DNA of 64,000 bases, from NCBI GenBank assembly GCA_965206645.1, contig CBDBKE010000004.1, positions 640,001-704,000 on the forward strand. The letters are read 5' to 3'. Shown one piece after another: positions 19,828 to 28,488 of this stretch. Made by a program: the position numbers and the translations under genes. How positions within the stretch are numbered: position 1 is the first letter of the stretch; every line of letters begins with the position of its first letter. This DNA is from Terriglobia bacterium (lineage in GTDB: Bacteria; Acidobacteriota; Terriglobia; JAJPHL01; JAPKYU01). The notes under the pieces are model-generated. The model had not been told where the DNA came from. It was given only the letters and a program-made list of their open reading frames with translations, and made no database searches.

Positions 19828-21024
19828 GTGAAGATCACAGCCGTCGAAACCCTCCATTGCGACGCCGGCTGGCGGAATTTCTCGTTCGTCAAACTCACCA
19901 CCGATACTGGCCTCGTTGGCTGGAGCGAGTACCAAGAAGGCTTCGGCTCACCAGGCGTCAGTGCAGCGATCGAAGGCCTTGCCGGCCCGACGATCGGTCA
20001 GGATCCACGGAACACAGAAAAGATTTTCTGGGACCTCTACGCCTCTACCCGCCCAGCGGCCGGCGGTGTCGTGGCAGAAGCCATCGGCGCGATCGAAAAC
20101 GCACTGCTGGACGTTAAATCGAAGCACTATGGGGTTCCGGTCTACGAGATCCTGGGCGGCGCGGTGCGCGAGCGGATCCGGCTGTACTGGTCCCATTGCG
20201 GTACCTACCGGGTCAACTGGCCAGAGGTGCACGATTACCCGCCAGTCAGGTCACTCGATGATGTCAAGGCGCTTGGCCGGGAGGTGAAGGAAAAGCGCTT
20301 CACGGCTCTTAAGACCAACATCTTCTTGTTCGACCGCACGCCGGCCGGCTACTTTCCGGGATTCAGCCGCCCGGCCGGTTATCCCGAACTGAACGCGGAA
20401 CGAGACGTCATCGATGGCCTGAAAGCGGAGATGGAAGTCTTCCGCGAGGGTGCGGGACCTGACGTCGACATCCTGCTCGATCTCAACTTCAACTTCAAAA
20501 CCGAAGGGTATCTGATGCTTGTCGACGCGTTGGCGCCACTGGCGCTGTTTTGGATCGAGATCGACAGCTACAACCCACAAGCGCTTGCGCTCGTCCGGCG
20601 CCGCAGCACCACGCCGATCAGTTCCTGCGAAACCCTCATCGGCCTCCGCGAGTTCCGCCCGTATTTCGAGCAGCAGTCCATGGACGTAGCGATCATCGAC
20701 GCGGTGTGGAACGGCGTCTGGCAATCGATGAAGATCGCTGCCGTGGCCGAGGCCCACGAGGTCAACATCGCGCCGCACAACTTCTACGGCCACCTGTCGA
20801 CCATGATGAGCGCTCACTTTGTCGCAGCTGTCCCTAACTTCCGGATCATGGAGATCGATATGGATCAGGTGCCCTGGAGGGACGAGCTGTTCACCATCGC
20901 GCCAAAGATCGAGGACGGCTATCTGATTCTTCCTAAGACCCCGGGCTGGGGCACACAGCCCAATGAGCAGGCACTCAAGGCGCATCCGCCGCGGCGTGGC
21001 GGCAGCTTCCTCAAGCAAAGCTGA
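19828..21024 (+). CDS. Mandelate racemase/muconate lactonizing (enolase superfamily) enzyme, acid-sugar dehydratase-like
   Basis: MKITAVETL..FVKLTTDTGLVGWSE, IENALLDVKSK..GVPVYEILGG, ALKTN, LLDLN, WIE, SCE, APHN, LPKTPGWG. Confidence 0.9.
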   Translation: MKITAVETLHCDAGWRNFSFVKLTTDTGLVGWSEYQEGFGSPGVSAAIEGLAGPTIGQDPRNTEKIFWDLYASTRPAAGGVVAEAIGAIENALLDVKSKHYGVPVYEILGGAVRERIRLYWSHCGTYRVNWPEVHDYPPVRSLDDVKALGREVKEKRFTALKTNIFLFDRTPAGYFPGFSRPAGYPELNAERDVIDGLKAEMEVFREGAGPDVDILLDLNFNFKTEGYLMLVDALAPLALFWIEIDSYNPQALALVRRRSTTPISSCETLIGLREFRPYFEQQSMDVAIIDAVWNGVWQSMKIAAVAEAHEVNIAPHNFYGHLSTMMSAHFVAAVPNFRIMEIDMDQVPWRDELFTIAPKIEDGYLILPKTPGWGTQPNEQALKAHPPRRGGSFLKQS

Positions 21025-21149
21025 CGAGGTGGCCGAGCTCCCCGCGGGACTATAGTTCGCCGTAGCTTTGCGAATGCCGGAACGCAAGCACGCGAAAGGG
21101 CGCCTGCTTCCAACTCCGAACTGGCCATCCAGCGACGCAGTCTGTGTGC

Positions 21150-22676
21150 CTAGGCACCTGGAGTGCCCGAGGACTGTGCCTCTGCATCGGAAAGAGCCTG
21201 AGCCTGCTTCACTCCATGGGCAATGGTGGCCTCCCACTCCAGGTGAGGAAGAGGGGAGTTCTGGGCAACGGTGAACAACTGCAAGGCTTCTGCTTTCCGA
21301 CCCATTCGCAACATCAGGTTGGCGTGTGCCAGCAGCGCCTGGAAGGATGTGTTATCGGCGGCGCTGTTGCTGTAGATGTTGCAATATTCCTGCGCTGCAC
21401 CCTCCAGGAAATTGCTCTTTTCCAGATGCTTGGCCAGGCGCAGCCGCAATGCTGCCGGCACTGCGGTTTCCAGTTCCGCCTGACTCATCTCTTCGTAGAG
21501 ATTCAGAGCCGTGTCCAGACTGTTCTGTTTCACATATAGACCGATCAGGCGCACGTAGGCGCGCCTTGCCCGCTCCTGGTCCTCGGCGGCTTTGGCAGCT
21601 CGTAGCAATTCCAGTTGTGCGTCCACGCTGCTGGGGTTCTTCGCCCCGACTTGCTCCAGCAGGCCAATGGCCTCGGCCGTCTGACCCGCATCAATCAACT
21701 CTCCAGCTTTGACGATCTGTGGGTCCTGATGCAGCGAAATCTGGCCCTCAATTCCGCGGTTTACCTTCTCCTCGATGCCGCTCACTCCGAGCGCCAGGGC
21801 AAACACCACACCGTAGACGAATCCGCCAACGTGCGCCCAAAAGGCCACTCCACCCCCCTGGCCAGAGGTCAACAGGCCGTAAAAAAGTTGGCTGCCCAGC
21901 CACAAGGGCAACATCAGGTAGGCCGGAGCGTGAAAAGTCCCGGCGCGAATGAAAAAGAACATCCAAAAGAACCAGAAAAACTTGATGCGGGTCCGGGCAA
22001 ACTTCATCAGAAACGCCCCCATGGCGCCCGCAATGGCACCGGAAGCACCGATCAACGGGATGAAACTCTGCGGGGCGGAAGCTTTGTGGGCCAGCGCGGC
22101 CACTACCCCCGCGCTCAGGTAGAACAGGGGGAACACCACACGGCCCCAGCGGTCCTCGATGTTACAACCGGCCAACCACAAGAACAGCATATTGAAGATC
22201 AGGTGCATCCAGCCGCCGTGCAGGAACTGCGAGGTAATCAGGCCTAGCGCGTTGTTCTCGGCGGGGATGTACGCGTACTTCGTTAAAGGAGAAGCTTTCT
22301 CGGCCTCGGCCATCGCCTCGCACAGCTTGTCCAGTCGCGCCTGCTGGCGGGCCTGTGTGGCGGGTTTCACTCCGCCCCGGGCCTGAACCGAGTCTTCGTG
22401 CAGCGCCTTCATGGATTCCACCGTGAGCCGGTCCTTGCGCGACGACCCCTCGATCTGGGTCAAGAACTTGTCCAGGGGTGGCTTCGGCTCCAGGTAGGGG
22501 TGAGAGACGTAGTAGTCGAAAGCGATGTTCAACCGTCTCACGAACTGTCCATGCTGCCTCTGGATGCTCCAGTGCGTGGTCAAGAAGATCAGAACGTTCA
22601 GCAGCAGGATGGCGCCGGTGACGTAGGGCCACCGTCGGCCCTTCAGGTCTTCGTGGCTGATGGGAATAATGATCAT
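21150..22676 (-). CDS. Rhomboid-family intramembrane serine protease with C-terminal TPR-like region
   Basis: FLHGGWMHLIFNM, IGASGAIAG (catalytic Ser), AHVGG (catalytic His); helical repeat C-terminus. Confidence 0.9.
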   Translation of the reverse strand: MIIIPISHEDLKGRRWPYVTGAILLLNVLIFLTTHWSIQRQHGQFVRRLNIAFDYYVSHPYLEPKPPLDKFLTQIEGSSRKDRLTVESMKALHEDSVQARGGVKPATQARQQARLDKLCEAMAEAEKASPLTKYAYIPAENNALGLITSQFLHGGWMHLIFNMLFLWLAGCNIEDRWGRVVFPLFYLSAGVVAALAHKASAPQSFIPLIGASGAIAGAMGAFLMKFARTRIKFFWFFWMFFFIRAGTFHAPAYLMLPLWLGSQLFYGLLTSGQGGGVAFWAHVGGFVYGVVFALALGVSGIEEKVNRGIEGQISLHQDPQIVKAGELIDAGQTAEAIGLLEQVGAKNPSSVDAQLELLRAAKAAEDQERARRAYVRLIGLYVKQNSLDTALNLYEEMSQAELETAVPAALRLRLAKHLEKSNFLEGAAQEYCNIYSNSAADNTSFQALLAHANLMLRMGRKAEALQLFTVAQNSPLPHLEWEATIAHGVKQAQALSDAEAQSSGTPGA

Positions 22677-22738
22677 CGCTCTGCCCCGCGGGCCGCCGCA
22701 GCGCGGACAAAAGCGGCCTCAAATGAACTTACGGTAGC

Positions 22739-22905
22739 AAAAAAATGAGCACGGCGCCACCGCTCGGCCCGGCCGCCGTCACTGAGGTACCACTTTGTTC
22801 AAACTCCCCCCTTAACTGGCTCACGAAGTCCGGCTTGGCCGACGGCACCGGATGGATCCTTCATCAGGGTCAGTCGCCCAGGACTCAACGGAAGCGAGTT
22901 TCACG
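22739..22905 (-). ncRNA. Candidate structured intergenic RNA (family unassigned)
   Basis: Nested inverted repeats forming an irregular rod; TATCAT -10 box upstream on the minus strand; GC hairpin + U7 at the 3' end. Confidence 0.45.
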
Positions 22906-22927
22906 GGTATGATAAGGCGGTTCGCTT

Positions 22928-23152
22928 ATGAGCACCGTAGAGATCACGTTTCGCTATCAAGGCCAGCTTCGGACTGAACTGCTGCCTCGCACTCAGGAGC
23001 AGCACGGCTACTTCGGCATCCGGCGCATCCAGCTGGACGAGGTCCGGAAACTCATCACCGTGGAATACGACGCCACGCGATTGGATGAGAAGGGCGTAGA
23101 AGCGGTGCTGCGACGGGTGGGTGTCCCGGTGGTGGAACAGGTCCAAGAGTGA
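22928..23152 (+). CDS. Small HMA/ferredoxin-like-fold protein lacking CxxC
   Basis: GIRRIQLDEVRKLITVEYDATRLDEKGVEAVLRRVG pattern resembles the HMA-domain C-terminal half; TATGAT at 22908. Confidence 0.65.
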   Translation: MSTVEITFRYQGQLRTELLPRTQEQHGYFGIRRIQLDEVRKLITVEYDATRLDEKGVEAVLRRVGVPVVEQVQE

Positions 23153-23181
23153 GTCGCAAGAGCGTAAGCTGAGTCCGGAAC

Positions 23182-24054
23182 GTGGAGCGCCTGCCTAGGT
23201 CCGTCATGAGTGTGATCGTTGGAATTGCCGCGGGGCTGGCCCTGGTGGTTGTTGGAATTCGCCTCTTTGAAGGTCGTTTTATCTATTTTCCTCTTCGCTA
23301 TCCTGCGGGGTTTGAGCCTCCGGAAAAATACGGCCTCCGGGTTGAAGAAGTTTGGCTGAGAGCAGAAGACAATGTGCGGCTGAACGCCTGGTATCTGCCG
23401 AGTCCCAGCGCTTCCAAGGTGCTGTTGGTGTTTCATGGCAACGCCACCAACCTTGGCACCGACCTGCCGCGCTTGCAGTTTTTCGCGCGCCTCGGGGTGA
23501 GCCTGTTCGAAGTGGACTATCGAGGCTACGGCAAGAGCGAGGGGTCGCCGGACGAGGCCGGCCTGTATCGGGACGCAAACGCAGCCTACCAGTACCTGGT
23601 CGCGACTAGAAGTTATAAGCCCCGCGACATTCTCTTGCACGGCCAGTCGCTGGGCGGCGCGGTGGCCATTGATCTGGCCTCACGGCGCGAATGCGGCGGC
23701 CTGATCGTCGAAAGCTCCTTCACCTCGGCCCGTGAGATGGCCCGACGGATGTTTCTCCTTCCCTTGCTAGAATACATCCCCAAGAGCCGTTTCGACTCGC
23801 TAAGAAAAATCGGGCAGGTCCGGTGTCCCGTTCTGATCGTGCACGGCACACAGGACCAGCTCATTCCCTTTTCCATGGGCCAAGAGCTTTACCAGGCGGC
23901 GCGCGAACCCAAATCCTTTCTGTCTGTCGAGGGAGCCGGGCACGCGGACAGCTTCGTCGTTGACAGCGCGCGCTATTTAGAGCGCTTGGGAAAGTTCCTC
24001 GGAGTGACGCCGGCTGCGGAGAGCATCGCACCCTCCCGCCAGAAGGAGCAGTGA
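23182..24054 (+). CDS. Membrane-anchored alpha/beta hydrolase (ABHD13/YfhR-like)
   Basis: FHGNA, DYRGYGKSEGSP, GQSLGG nucleophile elbow, HGTQD, GAGH. Confidence 0.92.
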   Translation: MERLPRSVMSVIVGIAAGLALVVVGIRLFEGRFIYFPLRYPAGFEPPEKYGLRVEEVWLRAEDNVRLNAWYLPSPSASKVLLVFHGNATNLGTDLPRLQFFARLGVSLFEVDYRGYGKSEGSPDEAGLYRDANAAYQYLVATRSYKPRDILLHGQSLGGAVAIDLASRRECGGLIVESSFTSAREMARRMFLLPLLEYIPKSRFDSLRKIGQVRCPVLIVHGTQDQLIPFSMGQELYQAAREPKSFLSVEGAGHADSFVVDSARYLERLGKFLGVTPAAESIAPSRQKEQ

Positions 24055-24286
24055 AGTCCCGCCGGAGTATTCCGCGCGTACTGCTGCTGCCCCGAGACCC
24101 GCTCGTTTCGCGCCACGAGGGCACTGTCCACCCAGCCTAGGAGGAGGGGCTGGCCGGGGAGAAGCTGCGCCGGTGCATCCAAAACCAGGCGCGCTTCCCC
24201 GCCCGCAGTTCACCCATTCCCTTTTGTTTTCTGAAGTTAGGAGAAGCGGCGATTCTCGTTTCGAAACTGTCCCTCAACGGGAATCT

Positions 24287-26446
24287 TCACTGCGGCTTTT
24301 TCGCGAGGTCAGAGGGATCCACGCCGGTGTCGAACTTCACTTCGGTCACGGAAGCCTCCATGAAATTCGAGCCGTTTTGAGTGACCTGCACTCGGAAAGG
24401 TACTCTTATGCCAGACACCTCTTTGTGCTCCGAGTAAATTTCCTCTATGTCGGCCAAGCCACCCCTTTGCGACGGCGCCCGATAGACTTTTTTCAGAACG
24501 GCGCCAGTCGAAGAATCTACGAACAAACGCACGTTCCGGCCTTCTTTGGAGATGGCGATGACGTCGGCTTCGGTTTCGCCCACCTTGTCGCGTTTTTCAA
24601 ACTGCACGGTGAAGTCGCCCTCAGCACGCAGCAGGTTGAGAGTATTTCGCGCGACCTGGCCTTGCAGCGACTTCTTCATGCGGTCGGGCAGGTTCCGAAC
24701 CCCTTGCGGAGTGCTCATCCAACCGCCGGTGCCGTCGTAGTAGGTGATCATGGTGCCAAAGGGCAGGGTCCGTTCGCTGCGCAGCACACCGGGAAAGACA
24801 ACGGTGTCGCGGCTACTCACAGCCATCTCGCCTCGCGGGGTGGTGATTTTGGCCGAAGTAGTGACGGTTACGTCCTTGATCGCCCGCAGCCGCTCCAGGC
24901 CACCGGTTGCCTTTTGTGCCGCCGTCAGCACGGGGCGCCCGCGCTCCAGCGCCGCCGCAGTGGCTGGAGCAGCGGCAACTGCGGGCTGGGCCTCGGGAAT
25001 TGTAATGTCAATGGTGTTCACCTTGCCCTCGGCCAGCGCCAGCTCGGTAAGCGGCTTGTCGAAGTCCTTGTCGTTGCCCACCGCCAGGATGGTGAGCCGG
25101 TCCGGCTCCAGATGCTTGCGCGCCACCCGCAACACGTCAGCCTTGGTGACCTTCTCCACGTTATTCTTGTAGCGCTGGAGAAAATCCTCCGGATAGCCGA
25201 AGTAGATGTAGGTCATAATCCGGCTCATGATCTGGCCGGGATCGGTAAAATTGAAGACGAACGAGTTCAGGATCGATTCCTTGGACACCTGCAATTCTTC
25301 ATCGGTGACCTCCGTTTCGCGGATGAGGCGCAACTCGCGCAGCACTGCTTCAGTCGCCTCTACGGTAGTCTCCGACTTCGTCCCGACAAACACACTAAAG
25401 GTTCCCGGGTGGTCATATCTGGCGCTCCAGAAGCCGGTGGCCGCGTAGGCCAGGCCCATTTCCGTGCGAATGCGCTTGAACATGCGACTGGAAGGGCCGG
25501 CCGCCAGAATCTGGGTCATCACCCGTAGCGCGAAGTAGTCGGGATCGTCGCGCCGCCCAGCCAGATGCCCGATGCGAATCGAGGTCTGGTTGATATCCTG
25601 CTTGCGGATGAAGTTCACCGAGGCGCTCCGCTTCACTTCGACCGGCGGCAGCGGGGGCAGTTGGAGCTCGGGCGCCGGCTTCCAGGCGGCAAAGGCGGCT
25701 TCCACCTTCTGCCGGATTTGCTCGGCGTCGATGTCGCCGGAAATGCCGATCATCACGTTGTTGGGATGGTAATAGCGGCGGTGAAACTCAATCAGGTCCT
25801 CGCGGCGGATGGCGTCAATGGTGGCATACTCGGTGTGGCGAGCGTAGGCGCTCTCCGACCCGTAAATCAGCTTGCGAAACTCGCGCGCGTTGATGCCCCT
25901 GGGTTCGTCGTTGCGGCGCGAGATGGCAGTGCGGGCGAAGGTCTTGGCCAGCTCGATCTTGTCCTGGCGGAACTCCGGGTTCATCAGCACGTCGGCAAAG
26001 ATGGCCAGCACGCGGTCCTCATCGCCCTTCAGCGCCGAGAAGCCGGCGCTGCCGGAGCCCAGCCCGATGCCGGTTTCCACCGAGGCTGCTATCGCCTCCA
26101 GCTCCTCGTCCAGCTCGTCGCCGGTTTTGGTGGCCGTGCCGCCGCTGCGCATCACCTGACCGGCTATACTGGCCAAGCCGGTCTTCTCCGCCGGCTCCCA
26201 GCGGCTGCCGGTATGGATCATCGCCGTGCCGCCGACCAGCGGCAACCGGTGGTCCTCCACCACGAACAGGCGGATGCCGTTCGAGAGCGTGTATCGCTTG
26301 ATCTCCGGCAGCTTGACGTCGCGCAGCGGCGGATACTTGAGCTGCTTCCAGTCCTTGGCCGTACTCGCCCTATGCTGCGCCCCAAGCGGCGTTCCGACCC
26401 CCAAACAGACAATCCAGATCAGCGTCAGCCAGCGGGTCATCGTCAA
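24287..26446 (-). CDS. M16B peptidase non-catalytic subunit with ~230-aa C-terminal extra domain
   Basis: Signal peptide, LSNGIRLFVVEDHRLP, no HxxEH, SSRMFKRIRTEMGLAY motif; beta-rich tail after an Ala/Pro linker. Confidence 0.85.
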   Translation of the reverse strand: MTMTRWLTLIWIVCLGVGTPLGAQHRASTAKDWKQLKYPPLRDVKLPEIKRYTLSNGIRLFVVEDHRLPLVGGTAMIHTGSRWEPAEKTGLASIAGQVMRSGGTATKTGDELDEELEAIAASVETGIGLGSGSAGFSALKGDEDRVLAIFADVLMNPEFRQDKIELAKTFARTAISRRNDEPRGINAREFRKLIYGSESAYARHTEYATIDAIRREDLIEFHRRYYHPNNVMIGISGDIDAEQIRQKVEAAFAAWKPAPELQLPPLPPVEVKRSASVNFIRKQDINQTSIRIGHLAGRRDDPDYFALRVMTQILAAGPSSRMFKRIRTEMGLAYAATGFWSARYDHPGTFSVFVGTKSETTVEATEAVLRELRLIRETEVTDEELQVSKESILNSFVFNFTDPGQIMSRIMTYIYFGYPEDFLQRYKNNVEKVTKADVLRVARKHLEPDRLTILAVGNDKDFDKPLTELALAEGKVNTIDITIPEAQPAVAAAPATAAALERGRPVLTAAQKATGGLERLRAIKDVTVTTSAKITTPRGEMAVSSRDTVVFPGVLRSERTLPFGTMITYYDGTGGWMSTPQGVRNLPDRMKKSLQGQVARNTLNLLRAEGDFTVQFEKRDKVGETEADVIAISKEGRNVRLFVDSSTGAVLKKVYRAPSQRGGLADIEEIYSEHKEVSGIRVPFRVQVTQNGSNFMEASVTEVKFDTGVDPSDLAKKPQ

Positions 26447-26546
26447 TACCCCGATTCGCAGCTAGAAAAAAGCAAACCCGCCGCCAAGACACCACCAGGA
26501 GAAGTGTTCAAAAGTTGCCTCGCTGCCTTTACGTCTTGGCGATTCA

Positions 26547-28106
26547 CTAGTCGCTTTTCGTTGAATCGCTCTGTGCCGTCGGTGCCGCGGACTCGGCCGG
26601 CACAATCACTCCCACGGTCCGGTTCTTGCGCTGAAAGTATCGATGGGCGGCCTGTTGCACATCCTCGGCTGTGACTTTTTCGATGGCGTCCAGGTCGCGG
26701 AACAGATAGCGCCAGTCGCCGAGCAGCGCCTGATTCATGGCCAGTGCAGAGGCCAGGCCGCCGTTGGAGCGCAATCCGCGCAGAACCGCGGCCCGCGCTC
26801 GCCGCTTCACCTGCTCCAGCCGCTGGGACGGAACTTGTTCCTTCTTGATGCGCTCGATCTGCTCATCCATGGCCTTCTCCACCTCTTCGCCAGTGTGCCC
26901 AGCCGAGGGGACGGCGAAGAAGAGGAACAGGCCGGGATATTTGTAGCCGGGAAAGCCGGTGAAGGCCGAGGCGGCCACTGCGATCTTCTTCTCCTTCACC
27001 AGGCTCTTGTAGAGCCAGGAGGTACGGCCACCGCCCAGGACGTCACTGATGACGTCCAAGGTGGCGCGGTCCGGGTGTTTTACCCCTGGCCGGTGATAGC
27101 CCACCAAAACATAGGGCTGGGAGGCGGCCTCCACCATCACCCGGCGCTCGCCTCCCTGCGGCGGCTCCACGGTGCGCAACGGCTCGGGCCGCGAGCGCTT
27201 GGCTAGCCGCCCGAAGTACGTCTCGGCCAACCGCCGGACCTGCTGTGGGTCCGCGTCACCCACGATCACCGCCGTCATGGCCGAGGCCACGTAGTGCTTG
27301 CGGAAGAACTCCACAGCCTCGCTCCGCCGCAGCCGCGTGAGTTCGCTGCGGTGCCCAACCACCGGCTGCCCATAGGGGTGCGCTTTGTAGGCAATGGCGA
27401 GGAACTCTTCAAGCAGCTTGCCGAAGGGTCGGCTTTCGGTGCGCATCCGCCGCTCTTCCATCACAACGTTGCGCTCCTTGTAAAATTCGCGGGCCACCGG
27501 CTCCAGGAAGCGCAGCGACTCCAGCGCGAACCAGAGTTCCAGCTTGTTGGACGGTAGGGAGAAAAAGTAGCGGGTGGCGTCGGAGGAGGTCGATGCATTG
27601 AGTCCCACACCGCCCGCGCGCTCCACGATCTCCATGAACTCGTCAGTGACCACGAAGCTACCCGCCTCCTCCTGCGCTTTGCGGAAAGCTTCCTCAAGCT
27701 CCTTCAGGCGGGCGGAGTCAGGCCGTTCGCCCTTGGCCCGCTCGGTTTCGAGCGCCCGGTAGGCCACGTCCAGCTTCTCCAGCGCCTCCTTCTCCTTCTT
27801 GTAGTTCTTCGTACCAATGGTGCGGGTGCCCTTGAATGCCATGTGCTCGAACAGGTGGGCGACGCCGGTTTGGCCGATGTTCTCGTCCACCGCGCCCACG
27901 TCCATATACGTGTGCAACGCCACAATGGGTACCTCATGCCGCTCCACCAAGACGAAATGCATCCCGTTGGCCAGCGTAAACTCAGTGACTGTTTTCTCAA
28001 ACTCTTCCAGTGACTGCCCAGACGCCGGCGCAGCCAGCAGCAGCAGCAGCAGCGCCAAGATCAACACACGCTGCTTCACGGTATCGCCGTTCTTCTTGCG
28101 CATCAC
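26547..28106 (-). CDS. M16B zinc peptidase catalytic subunit (secreted)
   Basis: Signal peptide, GVAHLFEHMAFKG (HxxEH), NASTS.D.TRY, ERNVVMEERR. Confidence 0.93.
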   Translation of the reverse strand: MMRKKNGDTVKQRVLILALLLLLLAAPASGQSLEEFEKTVTEFTLANGMHFVLVERHEVPIVALHTYMDVGAVDENIGQTGVAHLFEHMAFKGTRTIGTKNYKKEKEALEKLDVAYRALETERAKGERPDSARLKELEEAFRKAQEEAGSFVVTDEFMEIVERAGGVGLNASTSSDATRYFFSLPSNKLELWFALESLRFLEPVAREFYKERNVVMEERRMRTESRPFGKLLEEFLAIAYKAHPYGQPVVGHRSELTRLRRSEAVEFFRKHYVASAMTAVIVGDADPQQVRRLAETYFGRLAKRSRPEPLRTVEPPQGGERRVMVEAASQPYVLVGYHRPGVKHPDRATLDVISDVLGGGRTSWLYKSLVKEKKIAVAASAFTGFPGYKYPGLFLFFAVPSAGHTGEEVEKAMDEQIERIKKEQVPSQRLEQVKRRARAAVLRGLRSNGGLASALAMNQALLGDWRYLFRDLDAIEKVTAEDVQQAAHRYFQRKNRTVGVIVPAESAAPTAQSDSTKSD

Positions 28107-28263
28107 CTACTCCACACTCAGCACCGGGAGCTTGACCATTCCACTCCGCTTATAGTCAGCATAGCTGAACCGCCGCGCATTCAGCAATGTTATAAGCAGT
28201 GTTATACTTGAGTTGCTCCTGCGGGTTGAACGCATGTCTGGCCCGTTCCGATGCCTCGTGGCG

Positions 28264-28488
28264 GTACGCGAGGTGCTGGAGGAAGTGCGCGCCGAAATCC
28301 GCTCCGGCGGACTGGCAAGCGCCCGCAACGTGGGTATGAAAACTTCTCTGCTCCGCGAAATTCCTTCAGTGGATGAACTACTGGGCCGGCCGGAACTGTC
28401 GGAGCTGGCCGCACAAGTCAACCGTGGCTACGTGGCAGAACGCGTACGCGAGGTGCTGGAGGAAGTGCGCGCCGAAATCCGCTCCGGC
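28264..28488 (+). repeat. Exact 45-bp direct repeat (28264-28308 and 28444-28488)
   Basis: GTACGCGAGGTGCTGGAGGAAGTGCGCGCCGAAATCCGCTCCGGC twice, 180 bp apart, in frame (VREVLEEVRAEIRSG). Confidence 0.95.

Larger units (their letters stand above)
6432..21140. mobile_element. Decayed genomic island at the tRNA-Phe 3' end (right boundary approximate)
   Basis: Begins right after the tRNA with an AT-richer segment and a GGTTCCA direct repeat; contains three IS, truncated genes and accessory cargo. No integrase or att duplicate was seen. Confidence 0.55.

Noticed and set aside
21115-21135. CTGGCCA as the island att duplicate of tRNA-Phe
   Set aside because: Only a 7-bp match, expected by chance in GC-rich DNA.
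22820-22870. CUGAUGA as a hammerhead ribozyme or SAM-I riboswitch core
   Set aside because: No GAAA after stem II; SAM-I AUC/GCAAC/GAU elements are absent.
28264-28488. selA repeat pair as a DGR template/variable repeat
   Set aside because: Copies are identical (no adenine-specific mismatches) and there is no reverse transcriptase in the window.
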